Assembly (NCBI GenBank): GCA_031416315.1
Contig: JANOTL010000010.1
Span: forward strand, 1-57,390
Source: Pseudomonadota bacterium
GTDB lineage: Bacteria > Bdellovibrionota_B > Oligoflexia > Oligoflexales > CAIYRB01
Reading direction: 5' to 3'
Length of the DNA: 57,390 nt
The notes below the pieces were generated by a model that was not told where the DNA came from, searched no databases, and was given only the letters and a program-made list of their open reading frames with translations. Shown one piece after another: positions 1 to 8,218 of the stretch. The translations under genes and the position numbers were made by a program. How positions within the stretch are numbered: the stretch's first letter is position 1; the number at the start of each line of letters is the position of its first letter.

Positions 1-5
1 GCGCG

Positions 6-935
6 TCAGTTCGGCAGACGCATCGCCGCGTCCAGCTCCTGGATGCTCGCCGCGAGCTCTTCGTCCGAAAGCCCTTCCGTCGACACGTCGAGCGAATCGA
101 GAAAGGCGCGCGGCGGCACGCGGTTCATCACGAGGCGCTCGTTGTAGACCCCGGTGATCTGCGGCGTATGGCCGCCGATGGCCTGCGTCTTCGACTTCGT
201 GTACTCGGCGATCTCGTCGAGCGAGACGTAGCCGTCTTTCACGCCGTCCATGAAGCCGTCGGCGTAGCCGATGAGGGACTTCCAGAGCGCGTGGCCGAAG
301 GCGCTGCCGGCGCTGCCGTAGGGACTGCCCGGTTGGTCCGGATCGGTGCCGGGACCGGTGGAGGACTCCTCGTAGACCGTGGACGAGGACATGACGAAGA
401 GCGTGCGGCCCTGGTTGCCCCAGTCCGACCAGCGAGAACGTGCATTGTTGAACGAGTTTACGAGGCCCCCGGAGTAGCAGGCCATGGTGAAGATCACGAC
501 CTCGTTGGCCGCGTAATTCAGCGCGTTGTCGCGGATCTCGTCGTAAGAGACGCCGACGCCGAGGCCCGACTGCGAGCCATGGCCCGACGAGTACTGGACG
601 AACATGTCGTCGCGCGTCATCTGGCCGCCGAGGCGGCTCCAATGGCCCTGGATCAGGGAGCGGTTCACCTGGGTGCCGGTCTCCGTGGTGCCGATGTAGG
701 TGCCGCCGACCCGATTGGTGAAGATGTCGTGCGTGTGGAGCACGTCGTATCTCACTTCGTTGTGCATCATGCTCGGGTCACCCTGGCCGGCGGCGCCCCA
801 GCCAAAGTAGTACTTCTGGCCGGCGAAGTCGTCGCCGGAGAGGGAACGGGTGAAGCTGACGTCGCGGGGTTTCTCGCCGCAAGCCGTGAGCAGACCGACA
901 GATGCCAGGGACGCAAAGATCAAAAGCGCTTTCAT
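6..935 (-). CDS. Lipoprotein with caspase/legumain-like (clan CD) cysteine peptidase domain
   Basis: Lipobox LLTAC; His-Gly motif (FVQYSSGHG) and Ala-Cys motif (VVIFTMACYSGG); late DGYVSLDE..Y and HTPQ segments typical of bacterial caspase-like proteins; GGAG RBS 8 nt before the ATG at 935. Confidence 0.7.
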   Translation of the reverse strand: MKALLIFASLASVGLLTACGEKPRDVSFTRSLSGDDFAGQKYYFGWGAAGQGDPSMMHNEVRYDVLHTHDIFTNRVGGTYIGTTETGTQVNRSLIQGHWSRLGGQMTRDDMFVQYSSGHGSQSGLGVGVSYDEIRDNALNYAANEVVIFTMACYSGGLVNSFNNARSRWSDWGNQGRTLFVMSSSTVYEESSTGPGTDPDQPGSPYGSAGSAFGHALWKSLIGYADGFMDGVKDGYVSLDEIAEYTKSKTQAIGGHTPQITGVYNERLVMNRVPPRAFLDSLDVSTEGLSDEELAASIQELDAAMRLPN

Positions 936-985
936 GCGCAAAGCTCCGTTTTTAGATATTTTTTAGATGCGGGCCGAGCTCGGGC

Positions 986-1465
986 TCAGCGCAGCTCGCC
1001 GAGGAAGGCCGTCACGTTCTCGAGCGCTTTCGCCTGCGTGCCGGCACGGCTGTAGCCGTAGTAGGTGGCGCCGTTGAGCTCGGTCATGAAGGAGGCGATG
1101 CTGTAGGTCGTATTGCGAGGCGTGAAGCTCTTGCGAGTCTCGAGCACCTTCCAGGTGAAGCGGTTGCGCGCGACGTTGCGGACGTCGCTCACGACTTCCG
1201 AGCCGTTGACGAAGACGGAGCGCATGTCCATGCCGGTTTGGCCTTTGACGTAGAGCGTCAGGTCTTCGGTGCCGTTCTTGAAGCCCAGGACGATGGTGCC
1301 CTGGTCCTTGGCGTCCTGGCTGAGGCGCCAGCCGTCGGGGACGGTCAGCTGCATGTCTTGGACCGCGATGGTCTCACCAGCGGTGGCGGTTCGGGCTGCG
1401 GCCGGTCCGGCGGCAGCGGCGGCGAGTGCCGCGGCAAAAGCGAAAAATCCACAGAACGCTTTCAT
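986..1465 (-). CDS. Secreted hypothetical protein (possible PsbP-like fold)
   Basis: Ala-rich signal peptide; LTVPDGW motif; co-oriented directly upstream of the clan CD peptidase. Confidence 0.6.
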   Translation of the reverse strand: MKAFCGFFAFAAALAAAAAGPAAARTATAGETIAVQDMQLTVPDGWRLSQDAKDQGTIVLGFKNGTEDLTLYVKGQTGMDMRSVFVNGSEVVSDVRNVARNRFTWKVLETRKSFTPRNTTYSIASFMTELNGATYYGYSRAGTQAKALENVTAFLGELR

Positions 1466-1602
1466 GTTTTCCCCCCCGGGAACAAGAAATGGTTGGCTGC
1501 ACTAGATTGGTTTGAAGTCAGTATATCATCGAAAACCGGCTTCCTGAAAAGCGAGCGCCGGTGCTATCTTGGGCCCCAGCTCGATTCATGAGGGAGATCT
1601 CG

Positions 1603-1929
1603 ATGGCTGAGAATACGATCGCAATCAACGACGCCGACTTCGACGCCAAGGTCATCAAGTCCAGCGTGCCGGTGTTGGTGGACTTCTGGGCCCCCTGGTG
1701 CGGCCCGTGCGTGGCGATCGGTCCGGTGCTCGAGACGCTCGCCGCCGAGTACAAGGGCAAGATCACCATCGCGAAGATGAACGTCGACGAGAACGCCAAC
1801 GTGCCGGCGACCTTCGGCGTGCGCTCGATTCCATATATGGCGCTCTTCAAAAACGGCAAGCTCGTCGACTCGATCGTCGGCGCCGTGCCGAAGACGAAGC
1901 TCGTCGACATGATCTCGAAAGCGCTCTGA
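1603..1929 (+). CDS. trxA: Thioredoxin
   Basis: VLVDFWAPWCGPC (WCGPC active site), VRSIP cis-Pro loop; GGGAG RBS. Confidence 0.95.
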   Translation: MAENTIAINDADFDAKVIKSSVPVLVDFWAPWCGPCVAIGPVLETLAAEYKGKITIAKMNVDENANVPATFGVRSIPYMALFKNGKLVDSIVGAVPKTKLVDMISKAL

Positions 1930-2613
1930 GTGACGGCAAGGCAAGCTGCGGCGGCTAGTGCGCGTGGCGTGATCGAAGCGAAACTCCTACGCAGCGGTCG
2001 CGTGCCGGTCGGAGTCGACGAGGTCGGTCGTGGCTGCCTCGCCGGACCCGTGTTCGCCGCGGCGGTGATCCTCGACTTCTCGCGGCTCGAGCGGCTCGAC
2101 CCCGAGGACAAAGCTTTGATTCGGGACTCGAAAGAGCTCTCGCAGGCGCAGCGCGCGCGCATCATTCCCGCGATCGAGAGATCGGCGCTGGCGTGGCACG
2201 TCGCGCAAGCCTCGGTCGAAGAGATCGAGCGTCTGAACATCGCGCAGGCGACGTTCCTTGCGATGCGGCGTGCGCTCGGTCGGCTTACGCGCGCATTTGA
2301 CATCCTCTTGGTCGACGGCAAGTTGAGGGTCGCAGGCCACGACGGCGAGCAGATGACGATCGTGAAGGGCGACAGCCTTTGCTACTCGATCGCGGCCGCG
2401 TCGATCCTCGCGAAGGAAGCTCGCGACGATTACATGCGGTTTCAAGCGACGCGCTATCCTAACTACGGTTTCGACTCGCATGTCGGTTACGCGACCAAGC
2501 TGCACCTCGCTATGATCGAGCAGCATGGGCCGTGCGTGTTGCACCGGCGTAACTTCGATCCGATTCGGAAGCATGGAATCCCCGTCGTCGCAGCGGAAGG
2601 TCTTTTCGGCTGA
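1930..2613 (+). CDS. rnhB: Ribonuclease HII
   Basis: GVDEVGRGCLAGPV, RDSKEL, VKGD..CYSIAAASILAK, HRRNF motifs. Confidence 0.95.
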   Translation: MTARQAAAASARGVIEAKLLRSGRVPVGVDEVGRGCLAGPVFAAAVILDFSRLERLDPEDKALIRDSKELSQAQRARIIPAIERSALAWHVAQASVEEIERLNIAQATFLAMRRALGRLTRAFDILLVDGKLRVAGHDGEQMTIVKGDSLCYSIAAASILAKEARDDYMRFQATRYPNYGFDSHVGYATKLHLAMIEQHGPCVLHRRNFDPIRKHGIPVVAAEGLFG

Positions 2614-2941
2614 GGCCGAGTCCCTGGTGGCGCGCGAGATGGCGCGTCAGGGGTGGACGGTGCTCGCGCGGAACTTCCGGTACATCGGGACCGAGCTCGA
2701 TCTCGTGGCGCGAAAAGGCCAGAGCCTCGTCGCCGTCGAGGTGAAGGCGCGGCGGCGCATGCCGGGGAGCCTGGCGGAGGCGGAAGGGCTTTTGCCGTGG
2801 CGGAAGCGGGCGGCCTTGCATCGAGGCCTGCAGTGCTTCGTCATGCGGCGGGGGTCCGACGCGGGGATCTTGCGGATCGATTTGGCGATCGTGGTGCCGG
2901 GAAGATGCGGCCTCGAGATGCGGTACTTCGCGGGGGTGTGA
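2573..2941 (+). CDS. yraN: YraN family PD-(D/E)xK nuclease-like protein
   Basis: GWTVLARNFR..ELDLVA..VAVEVKAR and RIDLAIV motifs; usual rnhB-yraN adjacency. Confidence 0.88.
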   Translation: MESPSSQRKVFSAEAESLVAREMARQGWTVLARNFRYIGTELDLVARKGQSLVAVEVKARRRMPGSLAEAEGLLPWRKRAALHRGLQCFVMRRGSDAGILRIDLAIVVPGRCGLEMRYFAGV

Positions 2942-2947
2942 AATGGA

Positions 2948-2975
2948 AAACGCCCAGCAGTCATGCTGGGCGTTT
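2948..2975. terminator. Bidirectional intrinsic terminator between convergent yraN and rplS
   Basis: AAACGCCCAGCA-gtca-TGCTGGGCGTTT perfect hairpin with A/T ends. Confidence 0.75.
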
Positions 2976-3000
2976 GCGGATTCGAACGGGTCGCGAGGCT

Positions 3001-3519
3001 TCAGGCCTTCTTGGCGGCTTCGGCTTTCGCGGCGGCGGCCGCGGCGGCCTTCGCTTCTTTCGCCTTCTCGGATTCGGTCAAAGGCGCCAGCTCGGGGACG
3101 ACTTCTTCCGCCGTGTTCTCCGAGCCTGGGACGACGATCATCGCCTTGCGGCCGTGGAAACGGCTGCGGATACGAGCCGATTTGCCCGAGAGGTCGCGCA
3201 GGTAGAAGAGACGCGAGCGACGGACGACGCCGTTCGCGAGCACGTCGATCTTGTCGATGTAGGGCGAGTAGAGCGGGAACGTACGCTCGACGCCGACGCC
3301 GTTGGCGGAGATCTTGCGCACCGTGAAGGTCGCGGCGACGCCACCTTTGTGGTTACGGATCACGACGCCTTCGAACATCTGCGTGCGGAACTTCGCCTTG
3401 TCGGCGCCTTCCTGCACTTTGTAGCTGATGCGAACGGTGTCGCCGGAGCGGAACGTCGGGTGCTTTTTGCGGGAGGCAAAAACGCGGGCTTCGAATGCCA
3501 TGAGCAGCTTGTTCTTCAT
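3001..3519 (-). CDS. rplS: 50S ribosomal protein L19 with Ala/Lys/Glu-rich C-terminal extension
   Basis: [45 protein letters not shown] motifs. Confidence 0.96.
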   Translation of the reverse strand: MKNKLLMAFEARVFASRKKHPTFRSGDTVRISYKVQEGADKAKFRTQMFEGVVIRNHKGGVAATFTVRKISANGVGVERTFPLYSPYIDKIDVLANGVVRRSRLFYLRDLSGKSARIRSRFHGRKAMIVVPGSENTAEEVVPELAPLTESEKAKEAKAAAAAAAKAEAAKKA

Positions 3520-3594
3520 ATGGTCCCTACAGTCGGATCAGGCGGACAAACGTGCGGATAAGGAGCCTTTCGTACCGGAAAGGCCCGGGGGCCG

Positions 3595-4113
3595 TCAAGC
3601 GCGGCGCTTGGCGGAGGCCGGCGCCGGGGCAGCGGCGACGGGCTCGCCCTCGCCGTAGAGGTTACGGCGGAGCTCGGTCTTGGCGTCGAGGAAGACCTCG
3701 CCCAGGTCCTCACGCTCCTCGGTGCGCATGTTCTCACGTAGCTTCGGGAGGAGCGCCTGCTCCTGGGTCTCCAAATGCGCCAAAACGGCGTCCTTGAGCT
3801 CCTGGAAGCGCTTGGCATAGGAGGCCGCCTGCTCGGCCGCTGGCGCCTGGACCAATTTCGTAAGTAATTTCATCTTCTTCCCGATGATGACACCGTTGGC
3901 GAGGCCGACGTCGACCAAGGCTCGGCCGTTCGCAAACAGATCGAGAAGCTCGGGGTAGAGAAAGTCCTTCTCCAGCCCGAGGTGAATCGTGAGAAGTTGT
4001 GCGACCTCGTCGCAGCGCAGGCGACGTGCCTTGACGCCATCGGAAGCGGCGAGGCGCTCCACGCTGGCGCGGATGGCGTCGTGATCCGCTTTGATGAAAT
4101 GTAGAACGTCCAT
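3595..4113 (-). CDS. Hemerythrin/HHE-domain protein (partly degenerate)
   Basis: IKADHDAI, IHLGLEKDFLYP, AHLETQEQALLP helical His/Glu pattern; start moved to the ATG at 4113. Confidence 0.7.
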   Translation of the reverse strand: MDVLHFIKADHDAIRASVERLAASDGVKARRLRCDEVAQLLTIHLGLEKDFLYPELLDLFANGRALVDVGLANGVIIGKKMKLLTKLVQAPAAEQAASYAKRFQELKDAVLAHLETQEQALLPKLRENMRTEEREDLGEVFLDAKTELRRNLYGEGEPVAAAPAPASAKRRA

Positions 4114-4311
4114 CTCTATCCCCCAACGGAGCCATGCCGGGCCGCGAAAATTCGGGCACGTTTCGATGCACTTAAATTTCGCGAGCTGGCTCGGGACCAC
4201 CGTTTAGTCAAAACGGCCAGGCGTGGCAACTGACATTTCCGACGGCGCATCCTAGCCAATTGCCGTGAGAATCATCTAAAACAGGGAGGAAATCGGTGCA
4301 GGAGGATCGCC

Positions 4312-5433
4312 GTGGTCGCAAGTCTCGGTAATGTCATGGAAAAAGTCGCAGCCGGCGCCGTCCTGTCGCGAGCCGATGCCGAGCTTCTCTACTGCGAAGC
4401 GAGCGAAGAGCTGTTGAGCGAGCTCGCAACGATCGCAAGAAACCGACTGCACAAATCGGATGCAGCGACCTACATCGTGATGGCGATCGTGAATTACACG
4501 AACGTCTGTGTCGCCAAGTGCGACTACTGTTCATTTTATAAGCTGCCGCACCAGGCCGGCGGCTACCTTCTCACGATCCCCGAGCTCTGCGCCAAGATCG
4601 ACGCGCTGGAAGCCCTCGGAGGCACCCTGGTGAGCTTCAACGGAGGCTTCCACCCGAAGCTCCGGATCCATGACTACGCCGCCATGTTCAAGGAGCTCCG
4701 TCAGCGCTACGGCGAGCGCATGGAGTTCTTCGAGATGACCGTCGCGGAGTTCATGTTCACCTGCAAGCTGTCGAAGGTCTCGTACACGGAAGGAGCCGCC
4801 CTGCTCCGTGAGTCGGGCACCCGCTGGGTCACGGGCGGCGGCGCCGAAATCTTGGACGACGCGTTCCGGATGCGACACAGCCCGGGCAAGTACAAGGTCG
4901 AAGACTACTTCACGGCGCAGAAGGCGATCCTCGACGCCGGCATCGGCTCGACCGCGACCATGGTCATCGGCTTCGACGAGACCCTCGATGAGCGGCTGAA
5001 CCACCTCGAGCGCCTCCGCCGGTTCCAGGATGAAGCGCATGGCGGGCTGACGAGCTTCCTGTGCTGGACGTACAAGCCGTGGAACAACGAGCTCGGAGGC
5101 GCGGAGGTCTCCGTGAGCGAGTACCTGCGCTGGCTCGCGGTCTGCCGTTTGTACCTCCACAACATCGAGCACGTGCGTACCTCGGTGCTGACGAAGAACG
5201 CAGAGGCCCTGCGCGGGCTCAAGTTCGGCGCCGACGACTTCGACCTGCCGACGGAAGATGAGGTGACCCAAAAAGCGGGCGCCACCATCTCTCATGAATT
5301 CGAGACGATATTGTCCCGTGCTCGTCAAGAGGGCTTCGAGCCCGTTCTACGCGCGCCTTTCGAGCCCGGCGGCCGGTTTGTGCCAGCTCCGAAAACGCCC
5401 CAAAGCATCTCTCATTCCGCGCCCCTCGCCTGA
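4312..5433 (+). CDS. mqnC: Radical SAM protein of the CofH/MqnC family, probable cyclic dehypoxanthine futalosine synthase
   Basis: NYTNVCVAKCDYCSFY (CxxxCxxC), GGGAEIL, STATM.IG..ET, LRRFQDE, GADDF; GGAGG RBS; futalosine-type ubiA/ubiX also in the window. Confidence 0.72.
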   Translation: MVASLGNVMEKVAAGAVLSRADAELLYCEASEELLSELATIARNRLHKSDAATYIVMAIVNYTNVCVAKCDYCSFYKLPHQAGGYLLTIPELCAKIDALEALGGTLVSFNGGFHPKLRIHDYAAMFKELRQRYGERMEFFEMTVAEFMFTCKLSKVSYTEGAALLRESGTRWVTGGGAEILDDAFRMRHSPGKYKVEDYFTAQKAILDAGIGSTATMVIGFDETLDERLNHLERLRRFQDEAHGGLTSFLCWTYKPWNNELGGAEVSVSEYLRWLAVCRLYLHNIEHVRTSVLTKNAEALRGLKFGADDFDLPTEDEVTQKAGATISHEFETILSRARQEGFEPVLRAPFEPGGRFVPAPKTPQSISHSAPLA

Positions 5434-5574
5434 GAAAATTTGGCCGCTCGGTCAATTATTTGATGAGCACCGTTGACCCACTCGGGACGCGGCGCTTACG
5501 CTTTTTCACAGGCATCCCGCAAAATCTGACGCCTACCTACAAACCTACAATCCAGCGACGACACAGGAGAGCTA

Positions 5575-6513
5575 GTGAAGGCTTTCATCCTGCTTGCGGT
5601 GTGGCTCGCATGGGCCCTGCCGGCGCAAGCTCTCGACTTCGATCGCTACCACTCGCAAGAAGACATCAACTCCTGGATGCGGCAAATGGCGCGCCAGGCC
5701 CCCGAGCTCGTGCGCTTTCACACGCTCGGCTACTCCGAGCAAGGCCGAGAGATCGCCTACGTCGTGATTGCGAAAGGCGATCCCGAGACGATGCAGTCCG
5801 TCTATTTCAACGGCGCGCATCACGGGAATGAGAAGTCGAGCACGGAGACGGTGCTCGGGATGATCGACCACCTGATCGCGAAGCGGCACGACCCTGAGAT
5901 CTCGAAGCTCCTCGAGTCGTACGCATTCTACCTGCAGCCGGTCGTCAATCCCGACGGCCACGCGCTGAACATGCGCGGCGACGCGCGCGGTCGCGATCCG
6001 AACCGGGACTATTCTTTCCCCGAGCGTCATGAGGACGAGTCGTTCAAGCTCGGGCCGGTGAAGCTGGTGAAGGAGCTGACCGATCGCGTCCGCTTTCGCG
6101 CCGCCGCCGCGTTCCACAGCGGTATGGAAGGCGTGCTTTGGCCGTGGTGCTACGCGCCGCAACGCGCGGCCGACACCGACACCTTCTACACGATCTCGAA
6201 GATCTCGGCCGAGGCGATGGGGATGAGCCGCTACCTGCAGTCGTATCGGGACTACCCGACGCGCGGCGAGTTCATCGACTACATGTACATGTCGCACGGC
6301 ACCCTGGCCCTGACGATCGAGGTGTCGAACGAGGGCAATCCGCCGGAGCGGCTGCTCACCGGCTACGTGCGCCGCGCGGTGCTCGGCGCGCTGACGTTCG
6401 TGCATTCGGTGATGCTACTCGACGAGGGTCGGCTCGAGATCCAGCGAGCGCCGGATCCGGCGCTGCTCTTGGCGCGGGCACGCGCCGCCGGCGATCTCAG
6501 ACGGCCGGAGTGA
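5575..6513 (+). CDS. Secreted M14 zinc carboxypeptidase
   Basis: Signal peptide; GAHHGNE (HxxE), VNPDG, DPNRDY, FHSG, catalytic TIEV; AGGAG RBS. Confidence 0.9.
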   Translation: MKAFILLAVWLAWALPAQALDFDRYHSQEDINSWMRQMARQAPELVRFHTLGYSEQGREIAYVVIAKGDPETMQSVYFNGAHHGNEKSSTETVLGMIDHLIAKRHDPEISKLLESYAFYLQPVVNPDGHALNMRGDARGRDPNRDYSFPERHEDESFKLGPVKLVKELTDRVRFRAAAAFHSGMEGVLWPWCYAPQRAADTDTFYTISKISAEAMGMSRYLQSYRDYPTRGEFIDYMYMSHGTLALTIEVSNEGNPPERLLTGYVRRAVLGALTFVHSVMLLDEGRLEIQRAPDPALLLARARAAGDLRRPE

Positions 6514-7342
6514 TCCGGGCAATGAACATACCGACGCTCTTCGAAATCTCGATCGCGGCGCGGTCGGCCTTTTTCGCGGCGTAATAGCGCGCCACCGCCG
6601 CTTCCTGCTCGCGCGAGAGGTCGACGTAGCTGCCGTGGTACGCGACGAGGTCGGGGATCGAGGTCACCTGCAAGGCGTTCGGCGAGTCCTCGAAGACCTG
6701 CAGCGCGACGTGCGGAAACACGGCCTCAAGCTCGGCGCCGCCGGTTTCCAGGCTGAACCAGCTCGGGTCCATTTCGGCCGGGTCCTCCGCGCTCGGCTCG
6801 GGATAGAGGATCGACACGAGCTCGGGCTCGTGGAACTCGCGCAGGTGCTTTCTGCCGTTCGTGGCCGCGAAAAAGATGCCGCCAGGCCGAAGGACGCGCG
6901 CGATCTCGCGGATCGTCTGCGCGCGGTCGGCGACGTGGTAGAGCATGTGGTTCGCGACGACGGCGTCAAACGAGGCGTCCGGAAAGGGCAGATCCTGCGC
7001 ATCCACGAGGTGGAAGGCGAAGGGCGCTCCGCCCGTCGTCAGGTCGGCGAGGCCGGTGCGGGCGGCGTCGATCATGCCGGAGGAAAGGTCGCTCAGCGTG
7101 ACGATCCACTCGACCGGCAAAAAGGGCGCGTTGGCACGCCACAGTTGGCCGTTGCCGGCGCCGAGCTCGAGGATCGCGGCGCGCGGCGGGAGATTCTCCA
7201 GGAGACGCGCAAAGACCCACGAAAACCAGGGGGTCGGCGTGACGCTGTAGCGGTCGTGGAGGCGCTGACGCGCGCTCAGGTTGTCGTCGGTGCCGTACTG
7301 GACGAGCAGGTCGTTCGTGGTGCGGAGAGAGTTGAGATGCAT
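6497..7342 (-). CDS. Class I SAM-dependent methyltransferase
   Basis: ILELGAGNG, DLSSGMI, DAQDLPFPDASFDAVVANHMLYHV, RVLRPGG. Confidence 0.92.
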   Translation of the reverse strand: MHLNSLRTTNDLLVQYGTDDNLSARQRLHDRYSVTPTPWFSWVFARLLENLPPRAAILELGAGNGQLWRANAPFLPVEWIVTLSDLSSGMIDAARTGLADLTTGGAPFAFHLVDAQDLPFPDASFDAVVANHMLYHVADRAQTIREIARVLRPGGIFFAATNGRKHLREFHEPELVSILYPEPSAEDPAEMDPSWFSLETGGAELEAVFPHVALQVFEDSPNALQVTSIPDLVAYHGSYVDLSREQEAAVARYYAAKKADRAAIEISKSVGMFIARITPAV

Positions 7343-7360
7343 TGTCAGACTCCTGCGGGG

Positions 7361-7954
7361 TCAGGGTTCGACCGCGAGGTCTTTTACACGAACGGAGAAG
7401 GTGGCGGCGGTGTCGTCGCCATCGGCCATGAGCCAGATCCCGACGATCGAAAGAGGGGAGGGGAGCGCGAGGCTTGCGGCCTGCCAGCCGTCCGGGAGCG
7501 TGGTCTCGGCGGCGGCGTGCAGCTCGATATCATCCCCATAGGGTGAATGCCAGCTCGTTCCGGCAGGATGCGCGGCGGAAACGACGGCGAAAACAATGCG
7601 GTCGGCAGGAAGCTTGGCATGTTCGCGCACTGATTTCGCCCATGCCGGCGCGAAGAACGGCAGCACCGGCGCCGGGCCGCTCACGAGGAGGCCGACGCGG
7701 AAGAGGAAATCCTCGCCGGCTTTGCTGGCTTCGAAGGCGGCGTCGCGGTGCGCTGGGGGACGCCCTGAGTCGAGCCTGTAAGAGAAACGGAGCGTCCGGG
7801 CGGGCCTCGCGACGTCGAAGGGCATGAGCAAAAACGAGGCCGAATGTTCGACCTTCGCCACCAAGGCGGCGCCGTCGTTCGTGTAGGCGGTCGGCGGGAC
7901 GCCCTCGAAGGTGATCGCTTTGAACGCGGCGAGCGCGAGTGGTAGGACCTTCAT
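7361..7954 (-). CDS. Hypothetical protein, DUF3047-like
   Basis: C-terminal GIWLMADGDDT resembles the DUF3047 G.A.MTD.DNT motif as I recall it. Confidence 0.55.
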   Translation of the reverse strand: MKVLPLALAAFKAITFEGVPPTAYTNDGAALVAKVEHSASFLLMPFDVARPARTLRFSYRLDSGRPPAHRDAAFEASKAGEDFLFRVGLLVSGPAPVLPFFAPAWAKSVREHAKLPADRIVFAVVSAAHPAGTSWHSPYGDDIELHAAAETTLPDGWQAASLALPSPLSIVGIWLMADGDDTAATFSVRVKDLAVEP

Positions 7955-7982
7955 GCGCCGATGTTACTTCGGAAGGAACGAG

Positions 7983-8055
7983 ATGACGCAGGAGAAATGG
8001 ACCACCGCCGACCGCTGGCTCAACGAGTCGCTGGTCGGAGAGGACACGGCCTCAG
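7983..8055 (+). pseudogene. Truncated N-terminus of an O-methyltransferase-like gene
   Basis: AAGGAA RBS then MTQEKWTTADRWLNESLVGED, resembling the N-terminus of caffeoyl-CoA-type O-methyltransferases; similarity ends just before the tRNA-Arg 3' end. Confidence 0.5.
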
Positions 8056-8069
8056 GGACGTGCATTTTA

Positions 8070-8144
8070 TGGCGGACCCAGCTGGAATCGAACCAGCACC
8101 GCCGCCTTCGGAGGGCGGTATGATATCCATTTCACCATGGGTCC
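8070..8144 (-). tRNA. tRNA-Arg(CCG)
   Basis: GGACCCA/TGGGTCC acceptor stem, anticodon arm CCGCC-CTCCGAA-GGCGG, T-arm GCTGG-TTCGATT-CCAGC, encoded CCA; 75 nt. Confidence 0.96.
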
Positions 8145-8218
8145 GAAACGAAAGAGGCTTCCCCCTGGCGGGTAGAAGCCTCTCGCATGTACCAGCAAGG
8201 CCGGGGCCTTGACAAGCC

